Origin: Botryllus schlosseri
Taxonomy: Eukaryota
Assembly: GCA_051294905.1 (NCBI GenBank)
Contig: CM119371.1
Span: forward strand, 31,746,001 to 31,810,000
Length of the DNA stretch: 64,000 nt
Direction of reading: 5' to 3'
Of this stretch, positions 56,301-64,000 are shown one piece after another. Position 1 is the first letter of the stretch, and every line of letters begins with the position of its first letter. A model generated the notes under the pieces. That model had not been told where the DNA came from, ran no database searches, and saw nothing but the letters and a program-made list of their open reading frames with translations. The translations under genes and the position numbers were made by a program.

Positions 56301-56314
56301 TCCATACGTGTCAT
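2324..56314 (-). CDS. Multi-exon secreted or cell-surface protein with at least 9 tandem LDL-receptor class A (LDLa)-like modules; 3' end lies beyond the left edge of the window
   Basis: Hand-spliced GT-AG exons. Signal exon 56314-56227 (MTRMDATRLSMLFVIVTARSLCGVVNLSN). 91-bp A exons: 52068-51978, 50064-49974, 47277-47187, 43754-43664, 41916-41826, 19765-19675, 7731-7641, 6755-6665, 2414-2324 (e.g. GSSCKSDEFPCADGSECVLGWLFCDGKEDCK). Alternating B exons: 50876-50731, 48356-48226, 46829-46651, 42513-42350, 23260-23109, 11028-10886, 7104-6968, 6443-6307 (begin DGSDE or a variant). All phases are compatible (1-2, 2-1) with no stops, about 698 codons inside the window. Confidence 0.88.
2794..4894. 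mobile_element. Second, older CACTA/EnSpm-like non-autonomous element
   Basis: Ends CACACAAAAAAA...TTTTTTTCAGTG, TA on both flanks, subterminal GTAAAT/TTTAC motifs. TIRs are imperfect and internal coding is decayed. Confidence 0.55.
8207..8648. mobile_element. hAT-type MITE (related copy at about 46466-46642)
   Basis: TAGGGTTGCATTTAAAAC...GTTTTAAATGCAACCCTA with AAAACATGTTTT subterminal motifs. Confidence 0.8.
9700..9980. repeat. Dispersed repeat with an inverted copy at about 40835-41040
   Basis: GAATTCCAGTAGTTACATCA...GAACGTTCAACAGCA matches the reverse complement of 40860-41020. Confidence 0.7.
11391..11700 (-). pseudogene. C-terminal (hAT dimerisation-like) remnant of the same transposase
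   Basis: Reads SMFPTSATVEADFSKINWEKGLYRASPTDFSLEGILQAKDFVTKVLES-stop; upstream LSELIDKH and IEDQFQSM..Y lie in shifted frames. Confidence 0.7.
12438..16178 (-). CDS. Element-encoded protein: two C2H2 zinc fingers fused to a SAMD3-like/EnSpm accessory region; 7 exons, about 511 aa
   Basis: Exons 16178-15619, 15358-15250, 14514-14317, 14246-14040, 13982-13853, 13780-13710 and 12698-12438 splice GT-AG in frame (1536 nt, no internal stop). Motifs CPTECC..HLRRFH, CKIDCC..HVYRMH, WKKKL..IFNERRK, MKVTFKRRR..I..ILVEYPLL, FTHALALILSIHWVFNIQF. Confidence 0.75.
12828..13617. mobile_element. hAT-type MITE in the last intron of the ZnF/SAMD3-like gene
   Basis: CAGGGGT... start, degenerate right end, perfect 8-bp TSD ACTTATAC. 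Confidence 0.65.
14547..15213. mobile_element. Charlie-type hAT MITE with a second MITE (about 14754-15035) nested inside
   Basis: CAGGGGTGGGCAAAC...TTTCCCATCCCTG with perfect TSD GTGTAGCA; inner element CAGTGGTTCTCAAAC...GTTTGAGAACCACTG. Confidence 0.85.
16620..17480. repeat. Complex tandem-repeat block near the right end of the EnSpm-like element
   Basis: Many copies of GACACTCGGACATCATGTCTG, GGCATGTCTGG and GTTCGGACTGCGTTG. Confidence 0.9.
17672..18391 (-). pseudogene. Frameshifted central part of the hAT-type transposase
   Basis: Fragments in different frames: TTRVEEAA..IVLVWCGRDLVTQAEY, FVHTMMGLHGYLQRQQDLIQE, LPCLPHQVAQ; several frameshifts and stops; visibly more GC-rich than the flanks. 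Confidence 0.6.
19121..19529. mobile_element. hAT-type MITE (related copy at about 42725-43075)
   Basis: TAGGGTTACCAT.CGTCCTCC...ATGGTAACCC ends. Confidence 0.7.
19849..20250. mobile_element. hAT-type MITE
   Basis: TAGGGCAAGTTTT...AAAACTTGTCCTA; perfect TSD GTTATCAG; GCAACTT subterminal repeats. Confidence 0.8.
20343..22284. mobile_element. Charlie-type hAT element with a related element nested inside (20701-21990)
   Basis: CAGTGGTTCTCAA...TTGAGAACCACTG ends; imperfect TSDs CTGCAGAG/CTGTAGAT (outer) and GGCTATAA/GACTATAA (inner). Segment about 20830-21160 recurs at about 22555-22880. Confidence 0.75.
23288..26090. mobile_element. hAT-type non-autonomous element with (AAGTC)n subterminal repeats, hosting the foldback and a MITE (about 23575-23912)
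   Basis: Ends CAGTGCTGG...CCAATACTG; perfect 8-bp TSD ATTCATAT. Confidence 0.8.
23924..25516. mobile_element. Foldback element with long TIRs, P/Galileo-like
   Basis: Ends CATAGTGTC...GACACTATG; 7-bp TSD ATGCTAC; inverted arms about 23924-24468 and 25152-25516; centre holds about 3 tandem units of about 243 bp. Confidence 0.85.
26247..26625 (-). pseudogene. Penelope-like GIY-YIG endonuclease remnant
   Basis: IYCQIDCGYVGTTSKRLQE, then after a frameshift NQHVP...SAIGNHL..NPICA..Y...F....RS.FHL...ES..I....P.LC.QK. Confidence 0.8.
27241..35174 (+). CDS. Harbinger accessory MADF (Myb/SANT-like) DNA-binding protein with a BESS-like C-terminus
   Basis: Exons about 27241-27409 (FNEELIESVRDYPVLYDSTH...KDNIWIKISEKL), 33748-33910 (ENCKKRWKQLRNRF...YQSMSFL), 33992-34298 and 34941-35174 (EYAHFGSMVAKMLEKLP) are phase-compatible. 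The start codon was not resolved. Confidence 0.8.
28462..29350. mobile_element. Foldback-type non-autonomous DNA element in the MADF intron
   Basis: Inverted tandem GAACTCGGCACTTGGTGAATTCGGCC repeats at both ends, a second inverted pair (about 28640-28695 and 29117-29172), and an 8-bp TSD TTTGAAGT. Confidence 0.78.
29460..33704. mobile_element. Non-autonomous DNA element with GGCCGGCC subterminal arrays, containing the LINE fragment
   Basis: Imperfect TIR (TCTCAGC.TTCCCGTGGCCACT.ACTGGCCAC), perfect 8-bp TSD GTATAATG, and multiple TGGCCGGCCA copies at each end. Confidence 0.8.
31776..32770 (+). mobile_element. 5'-truncated non-LTR retrotransposon (LINE): RT C-terminal region plus 3' UTR
   Basis: 258-aa ORF 31776-32552 with W...N.L.IN..KS, KYLGVLLDSNMSWKSHI, LHYGILCWG, HKYNTR and Y.GP..WNS.P motifs; no YADD core. 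Confidence 0.85.
34328..34882. mobile_element. hAT-type MITE in the last MADF intron
   Basis: CAGGGCTTTGGAG...CTCCAGAGCCCTG with GCTCCG subterminal repeats; TSD CTTATAGC/CTTATAGT. Confidence 0.78.
35906..37334 (-). CDS. Harbinger (HARBI1/ALP1-like) DDE transposase, 3 exons, about 429 aa, apparently intact
   Basis: Exons 37334-37207, 37123-36905 and 36848-35906 join in frame. Motifs EWVRP..R...GEY, FRMDFNTF, LRHLATG, GAIDGKH, VGDAAF, FNYRLSRARRVIENAFG, ACCLHNF. Confidence 0.9.
38663..39490 (-). pseudogene. Penelope-like element reverse transcriptase remnant
   Basis: Frameshifted pieces SFDISSLFTNVPLQETI, LANIFVGYNE, YRRYVDDTF, LNSLHPALQFTIEKE, HRALMICS...ILFDNGYP. Confidence 0.88.
41340..41795. 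mobile_element. hAT-type MITE (a second copy starting about 54770 is interrupted at 55197)
   Basis: CAGTGCTTCCCAGCC...GGCTGGAAACCACTG; body closely matches 54770-55190. Confidence 0.75.
44515..46098. mobile_element. Charlie-type hAT element with internal fragments of other repeats
   Basis: CAGTGGTTCTC...TTGAGAACCACTG; TSD CTTTATAG/CTTCATAG. Confidence 0.75.
50938..51204. mobile_element. hAT-type MITE with AAGTAG repeats
   Basis: CAGAGGTGGTCA...TGACCACCTCTG; perfect TSD CTTTATAG. Confidence 0.85.
53149..53802. mobile_element. Almost fully palindromic (foldback) MITE
   Basis: TAGGGCTCTTCAAAAA...TTTTTGAAGAGCCCTA; arms pair to a centre near 53475; perfect TSD CTGTACAA. Confidence 0.88.
55197..56091. 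mobile_element. hAT-type non-autonomous element
   Basis: CAGGACCGTAAC...GTTACGGTCCTG; TSD GTGGAGAA/GTGGGGAA; inverted relative of the element ending at 1360. Confidence 0.8.
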
Positions 56315-57234
56315 ATCTTACTTGGTTTGAATGGCATGCAATTTGATGTTCAATGTATGTCTTAAACAACGTGTGGACAGCCAAAAAGAGACATATTGAA
56401 ACATAAGAATTGATTGAGATAAATTTACTTGACAATTCGCCTTCGTTTCCGGAGCAGCTTCATATTTCCCTGATACCGAAACGGTTAAAATCAAAGTTAT
56501 TTTGACTAGGAGTCGAATCATGTCACGATTATTCTTGAATGTCACTTAATCCCAACTCGACTCATTGTGGTTTTATTTAAGGATGCAAACCTTTCCCTTT
56601 CCAGGACGTGGTCGCATGCGGTACCGAGAGATATTTAAATTTCGATCGTGTGTATCTTATAATGAAGGACTGAAAAGACTTGTAGCACGAGATTGAATGT
56701 GATGGGATCCTATGACCTAAATACGGGTTTATAAATGTGTTATTTTGAATTGAACTGACGAACATTTCCGGGCTTGATTTAGCCCTTCGAACTTCCCTCT
56801 ATTGAAAGTGAGCCAATAATTTGAATAGGACTTGATATCGGTACGAAGAATTCTCAACCAACATCTGCCAGGCACTACAAAATACCAGTTTACGCTATGA
56901 TACACCAATTAGCTGACTGTAGACATGACAGGGTAGAGCCTTGAGCATCGTTAAATTGTTACGAAATGATTTGAGCAAATTCCAAGATCTATTTCGAACA
57001 GTCAAGCAGAAGGTTTTGATTTGAATTTACATTTTTGCATTTCAGCAGACATTTACAGAGACGCAGACAAAAATACACAGTCGGTAAGGTGAATTCGCGA
57101 CGTATGCTGTCGTGATTTAAATTCTGACCTTTCTAGGACAACGCGTCTAGTCCAAAATGTGGCTTATAGTATGTTGTAGTTCTTTTAACATTGCGATTGA
57201 ATACGTTTACATGTAGGTGCAGAGCAAAGTCAGT

Positions 57235-60200
57235 ATGGTATATAATTGGCTCCCCGTCGTCGTTCCGGCGGTATTTTTGTTGTTCTTAATACACTGGACG
57301 GAAAGTGCAGGTAAGACTTAAATGCTTTCAACTTTTTTTTTCAGTCGCCTGAGATGACATGACCTTTTTTGCCGTTGCTGTTGTTCAATTATCAACGCGT
57401 AATTGACGAATTTGAAACTTTATCAACACCCTTCTCTCACGCCGCATATTTATTAGCAGCTTTCATTGAAAGATGTGTGAAATTCTACATCCCTTGCAAC
57501 AGAAATCTTATATTGACTTAAAATTAAGAAACACTGTTTTTTGTAAGAATTTGTGGTGCGGAACCCACGTTCTGACGACAGTGATTCGCAAATCGCATCG
57601 TGTGGTCCGTGCTACAAGTCTACAGATCGGGAATCAGACAAAATTTTGCATCCTGGTTTAAAACGACCCATTTCCAATTGTCCATGAATATCGAAACGTA
57701 TTAAAATCAAACAAAAACAGAAATGAACAAGTGCAACAATGTTTGCTACGAGCATGCAAAAGAATTCACCTCATCAGTCTATTGGATATATAGTTAGTGT
57801 AAGTTCGCCAATCTCGTAAACTACGCTAGAATATTCAACATGATCCGGTACGAAGCGACTGAATACGAGCACTGGATATACTGAATTGAATTTTTTTTTA
57901 ATTAGTCTTTTTTACTTTACAGTAGAAATAACATATGAGCTCATTATTGCATATTTATATCGATAGCAGAAGACATTTTCTTTGTTAACGAATTTCGTGA
58001 ACATTTTCAGGGCCCATCGATGGCTACAAGACGTATGAAAAGAAAAGACCAAAGGGAGTGAAACCGATAAAAGCAGATGGACTTAGTGCCGACCTGTGCC
58101 TCGGGTATTGCCAGGAGAACGCCCTAGATTGCTCGTGAGTAATACCATTTCTGAGTATGGCCATTGTAGGGTTTCTTGAAGCCTTGTGAACACATATTGC
58201 GATGGTAAATATTTATTATATCATTCACCTGGCCGTAATGCTATTGTGCTGCCTTTTATCGAGGAGCAATAAACATGACTTTGGAGTCTGATATGAATGA
58301 AAAGGATTCAAGATTTTTGCCCTAATTGGATTTGAATAAGCTATATTTCAAATTTAGATTTGGATTTGGGGATGAAAACTCCACAAATTTTAATTATCTT
58401 AGCAACAGAGCTAGCCAGCTCTGATCCTAATGGAATGTGCCTATACCATGATAAAGCGGGTGGGAGTCATTTTCAAACGAGAATAAAAATACATTGTGCA
58501 TGTCTAAACCGAGTAAATGCTGTCCGAATGTCGGTTGTGTAATTTCATATATGTAGATCTATGTTTAAACTAAGGGCTGATACATGACTACCCCTTGCTA
58601 GGTCAAATCCATCTATCCGAAATCTTAATGTTCCATCTGTGCTTTACAAATAGTTGGACAGTGATTCCTGGATCTGTGTATGGCTTTCTATAGGTAAAAG
58701 TTCGACTGTTAGGGAATGTGATCACATGCTCTGGAATCTCATCCATCCAGCTCTGATATTTAGAACGTTGGTGTGCGATGTGTGCGATGCAAAATATACA
58801 GCGTTTGGTTTTAATGTTGGCATCATTTATTCTATTTCCCCCTATATTTCCATTATTCAAGGTCATTTGATATGGAAGAATATCTGCTACTCTGAACGTG
58901 ACAAAATGACTTGCAATGTCTTTGGATCCAATCAGAATAGGATCTATAGTACAAGACAAGTCATAGCCTACCAGATACCACCACTGCACAATCGTGTTGT
59001 TCAAAGTGTAAGAGACAAAAAAATTCGATACGGTCATACCCCAATTGACAAGTGAGAATAGTGACCATAGCATGGATCTTCGACGATATCGCGAATTAAC
59101 GTTTAATGTCGATGCAGCTCATCGAATCATTTCAATATTCTTTAGAATGATCGCATTTCGACTGAGTGGCTCGAAACTCGGTAAAAATCGATGTTTCCTG
59201 TACACGTCAGAACTCGCCAGGAGCATACTCACAGGGACAGCGGCGAAAAGGCGTTTGGTCGACGCGAAGGTGTTCAATACCTACATTTTGAACGACATCG
59301 TTGGTGAGTGAATATTTCTATATAGGCCTACACTACATTCCTAATAACAAGATTACTAAAAAACATGCTTCTATTTTTCTGATCATCCAGGCTTATGCCT
59401 TGGAATGATACCATTGTGAGAATCATATACGATATCTAGATGGAATTATTTTAACCGTATTCTTGAGCATATTTGAAGCTATTCTTTCAGTTAAAGTTGG
59501 AAACTAAAAAAATTTCAGCTCTCATTCTTAAATTAGAATTAGAATTACTAAATTCGCATAAACTCGGGAATTGAGATAATTTACGAATTAGACATAAAGA
59601 CAGCTATAATCACGTTCAGTTCATATCAAATTATAGTTCATTCTAAAAAGCATGTGAATGGGAAATTTCTGTACACCAAGGCTTGACTCGTTTCGTATTG
59701 CATTATTCCCCTGTACCATTTTCAGGTAAACCAGAAATTAGATTAGAATTAAGATTAGTGCTTAAAAACATTTTGAAAATTAGATCATAATTAGATTACT
59801 GGTATTTCTCTCTAATTTGTAGTCCAATGAAACAATTAAAATTATCTAGTCCGTGTCTGTTTCCAGATAGATTGGTTGGAATTTAACGGAACTGCAGCAC
59901 GTGTTCCTCTCAATTAGCCATCAGAGGAAGATTCAGCTTCTGATAGTATTGAAGTCTTTCCTCGACAATAATTTGAGCTTGGAAACACTGTATGTTGTAC
60001 CCCTTGATAGTGCTCTATGCGACCAGTTCTTAGGCTTTTATTAACATGAAGGTAAGCTAGTACACCTTAATACAACACGGCAATAAAACAGAGTTTACGC
60101 AGGTACAACGAACAGAAACGATGCCACACTCAACTTGTACCGAATGAAATGAATAGTCACGATGTAAAACAAATCAGAAAGCTATCAGCATAAACACGCC

Positions 60201-62586
60201 TCTTGTGGTCAAAAATATCTTGATAGCCTCACTGTAGCCAGACTTCCTCTCGATTCACAGAGTCGGAATGCGTACGCGGTACTGACCACAGTGACTATCG
60301 CGGTACCGTAGCCGTAACCGCGAGCGGGAAGCGGTGTCAGAAGTGGACCGCTAATCGTCCTCACGTGCCTAATTACAGGTCAGTAGCATCTTGATGAACG
60401 GAAAACTAATAGTCGCAGTAACGGCTGCGTATTTATGATATGATGATATAGCTCTTTACCTGCAACCTAATGCTACGATAATCAAAATGTTTTACGTACT
60501 TCTTTATAGATATAACGTCTGAACGCTCCATATATAATGTTATCGTAACTCTTTTATGCGCTTTAATCCATTAGCAATGACTCAGCCCAGAAAGATATTC
60601 GACACCATACGTACTAAACATCTTCCTACTACAGGAAAAATGTAAACCATATTCATGCGAGTCTACTCACTGCCACAGAGTTTTTATCAGTTTGTGACAT
60701 TTAGGCATGATTTTCATTGAGACCCTCCTTGTTACCACATTCCTGTTGGCATATATGCCGATAAAGTTTTAATTAGAGGATATGACATAGAAGAGACCGT
60801 TGGCGCAACCAAAACATGATGTAAATATTCAGGTATATGTCATTCAACTGCAACGTTAATCTAAATATTGGAATTTGAAATTGACAAATTAGTTCAAGCC
60901 AGATACACACTATGAACGAAAAGCGTATTTTCGATGATTTTCATCTTAACGTTTGGTGTAAATCAGGTGATAGGTACTTTCAAAATCATCTGATGAATAT
61001 GAGTCAAAAGGTTTTTGTTGTTGTTGTTTATTGAAAGAAAAATTTGGCGCTTATCACCTGTTGGTCTTTCGCGCCACGGTCAACAACGGCGTAAGAAATA
61101 AAAGGCAGTCAATGATGGCGTACGTATGAGTCATGAGGTGATACACGTAGGTAAAACCCACTACACCCCAGAGATATTCGCTAAAAGGACTGGTACAAGT
61201 AGGCTAACTCATTTTTACCGTTTGGAAGAGCGTCACAGCACAGTTAGCTACCTTGAGTGTGCAGTTTAGCTGATTTAACCCAACGCTAGAATTAATATCT
61301 GATAAATACACCTATTCCCACCCATGGCTTCAAAGAGCGGAATATGTTGTATTTCATTTTTACACTACGGTTAATTCACTGCAGTCCACCATTTTAGGTG
61401 GGAATTTGCGAGAGACACAAAAATTTTAGCTATATAAAGCAAAATCGCCGAGACATTTTTCGATTTAATTCAATTTATTGCTAGTAATTTCTTTATTTCA
61501 TTGCGCTACTAGACTGCGATACAACGAAAGATATTAGTAGATGTCGAAACGACTTAAAGTAGTCTTCGAGATCAGACACCCGCTAAGCCTAGGGCTGTAT
61601 AAAAAAGGAGTCATGCACACTGAATGAATAGTAAATGAGGATAATATAAAAGGACAGGGGGTAAAAGAAAAGATGGCATATTTCGGAAGGCGAAATCGAT
61701 ATGTCAGGACGTGGTCCGGTATAATAGAGGGCAAACTATAATTTATTCAGTCGAAAATGTTTGTATCTTGACTTGAATGTAGACATGATCGATGATTGTT
61801 GGATACCCGGCGAGATACTGTTCCACAAATCGGGTCCGGTATATTTGATAGAGTGATCTTTTTTGCTCACCATATGATAGTTGGACGACGTGCACGCGCG
61901 TGTGTCGTACTTATGCACTTTTGATACCGGGGTAAAGAAGGGCCAGTGGCCGCAGTGGAACTGATACATAAACTTGGCCATTTCTAGTTTCCGTATATCT
62001 GTTATGTTTAGGACACCGAACCTTTTGAGCAGTGATTTTTTGGACACACATCCTGGTTTCTTTGGAGCCCTGGCCCTGGAGGAACTGATGTTGTCGTTTT
62101 GGCAGAGGCTTCAGTGCAGTTTTACTTGCAGCCCCCCAACAGATGATGCCGTATTGTAACTTCGATTGGAATAACGATTTAAAGAGTATCAGAAGGACAT
62201 GTAATCTCTAAGGCTGCTATGTCACAGACTGATTTATTATGTGACGCGGCCCATTTTCAATAGACAATGACAAGACCATCTACTTTTTTCATGGGCATTA
62301 TACCTGACATTTAATTGTGGATCTTTTAATCATCTATGTCAGGTAGTTTGCTGATAGAATCAACGCATAAATCATTGGTTTGAAATGAGTAAATACAGAT
62401 TTACTGTATCACGTCTAAATCCGTATTTTCATTCAATAAGAAGCAATCTATCTTACTGCAGACCAACAGACAACGGCGGGAATCATAACTATTGCCGAAA
62501 TCCCGACAACGACACGCAAGGAGTGTGGTGCTACACTAGAGATGCAAATGTGAGGTGGCAGTATTGCGACGTTCCACAGTGCGAAG
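57235..62586 (+). CDS. Signal peptide + PAN/apple + kringle protein (plasminogen/HGF-like N-terminus); probably continues beyond the window
   Basis: Exons 57235-57310 ([25 protein letters not shown]), 58011-58134 and 59146-59303 (PAN-like: [12 protein letters not shown]...RCFLY), 60261-60378 ([27 protein letters not shown]) and 62462-62586 ([19 protein letters not shown]...WQYCDVPQC). All GT-AG and phase-compatible. A possible upstream non-coding exon lies at about 57048-57083. Confidence 0.88.
61480..62200 (-). mobile_element. Degenerate copy of the same LINE family in the kringle gene intron
   Basis: [27 protein letters not shown] matches the 31776-32552 ORF, and the 3' UTR similarity continues. 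Confidence 0.85.
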
Positions 62587-64000
62587 GTAAAGTGTAGCAA
62601 TAAAGACACACTCCTACGCACCTGCAAAATCTATCTATATATTCCATAATAAACGATCTATATAATTAAAGAGTTCGAATGATATTTATTCATGACAGAG
62701 TAGAGGTCAGTGATTCCCAACCGTGCCTTTATGCTTGCCTTCGTGCGGCTCGCATTGACCCCTATAAATTTCACGAACGTATAATAGACACATGGTGCTT
62801 GTTTATATAAATAGTTCCCGTCGATTTTTATATATCAGAGTTAAAGTAGCAGACAAGACTAGAATCAAACTCGTCACATACCGGATATATCTTGCGTTCT
62901 ACTGATAATATATATTTGTAGATTGATTCGGTGAAGAGCATATTAAAATAATGGCTTATAGGCTAGGGTTACCTTACCATATTTTTGTTTCACAAATTTC
63001 GGGCGCTCTGCAGCGCCTACTAGCGGATTTCAAATTGAGGTGTGAGCACATTGTAGATCAATATGACGTCACACCAGAAACACTTTGTCCATCGATCCGG
63101 TTCAGGAGTATGTGGTTGTGTATTTTAAATTGTAACCAGGGCCGAAGCCAAATTTTTCAGCCCCCTCCCGCCCAAATAAACAGTCATTTTGGGCCCGCCG
63201 TATATGGGTTATTCGATGCAACTTCTGGGGGCTAACCATATCCATCTGGTCGTTAAATGATTTGAATGAATTTTTTCGATAATATTGGCTCTTCCATATA
63301 TTACTGTATAATTTTGATCCTCTCTCCGTCCACAGGATCAGAGTTATCGGTAGAGCTGGTGCAGGATGGTGACTTCGAAAATGCAAGAAGTGTAATTGTG
63401 CATCGTTAAATCATGTTCATGTCAGGCCGATAAGATTATTTATCAGCCTGATGAGCACTGCCGAGCTATATAAACACCGCACATCCGGTGGTTTCCAACC
63501 ATTTATCGTCGCGACTTCATTTCCAATTTGAAAATGTGCCTTGGCCCAGCTCAAAATTTGATGAGCTTATTACTAATTAAAGGTCGGCACATTTGCCCAG
63601 ATTTACTCACGGCCTAATTTGGAAGCTAATTACGTTCAACATCTTCACGAACCCCAGAATAAAGGCAAACTACCCCCAGGTTTAGAACCACCATCTTTTA
63701 ATAAAGCATCCAAGCAGCCTAAACCGACTCTATGAATATACCGTTATCTTGTAATTCCGATTACAATTAGACTTCTTTGTGTAAATGAATGTTATTTTTT
63801 TAATTATTTTTGATCGCAGTTTTTGCAAGGGTGGTAGTCTCCATCTTAATACCAATATATATGATACTAAATCGCGCGCAGCGCAAAGAAAAATATCATG
63901 TACCATAAATTTGTCCAAAAATAATCTTCTGTATGTTGATTTACGAAAAAATAATGAGCTAATTACTTCAAGCTTTCGAAATTCCGGACATTTAGGCATA

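Noticed and set aside
56318..56545. Hydrophobic ORF (MIRLLVKITLILTVSVSG) as first exon of the LDLa gene
   Set aside because: Its apparent donor is phase 0 and cannot join the phase-1 LDLa exon; the 56314-56227 exon fits. Not excluded as UTR or an alternative start.
61021..61400. Possible SINE or tRNA-derived sequence
   Set aside because: No clear A/B boxes or cloverleaf could be identified.

Overview
AT-rich, intron-containing animal genomic DNA; a marine invertebrate such as an ascidian is my guess from repeat style and gene content, not something the sequence proves. No prokaryotic genes, CRISPR array, rRNA or tRNA were seen. Two host genes lie head-to-head. (1) Minus strand, 56314 to <2324: a signal-peptide exon, then nine 91-bp LDLa exons strictly alternating with eight 'DGSDE + 3-Cys' exons, giving an atypical 8-cysteine LDLa module; the gene continues off the left edge. 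(2) Plus strand, 57235 to >62586: a signal peptide-PAN-kringle (plasminogen/HGF-like) gene. The LDLa gene's introns hold nested transposons. One is a degenerate hAT-type element (11187-18581) with motifs I recall from oomycete/bryophyte proteins, into which a CACTG-ended EnSpm-like element (11781-17671) inserted carrying an intact 7-exon C2H2-ZnF/SAMD3-like gene but no DDE core. Others are a Harbinger element (26676-37523) with an intact DDE transposase and an in-frame MADF gene, a P/Galileo-like foldback, Penelope-like RT and GIY-YIG remnants, LINE fragments and many hAT-type MITEs. All gene models were spliced by hand; family names come from recalled motifs, not database searches.
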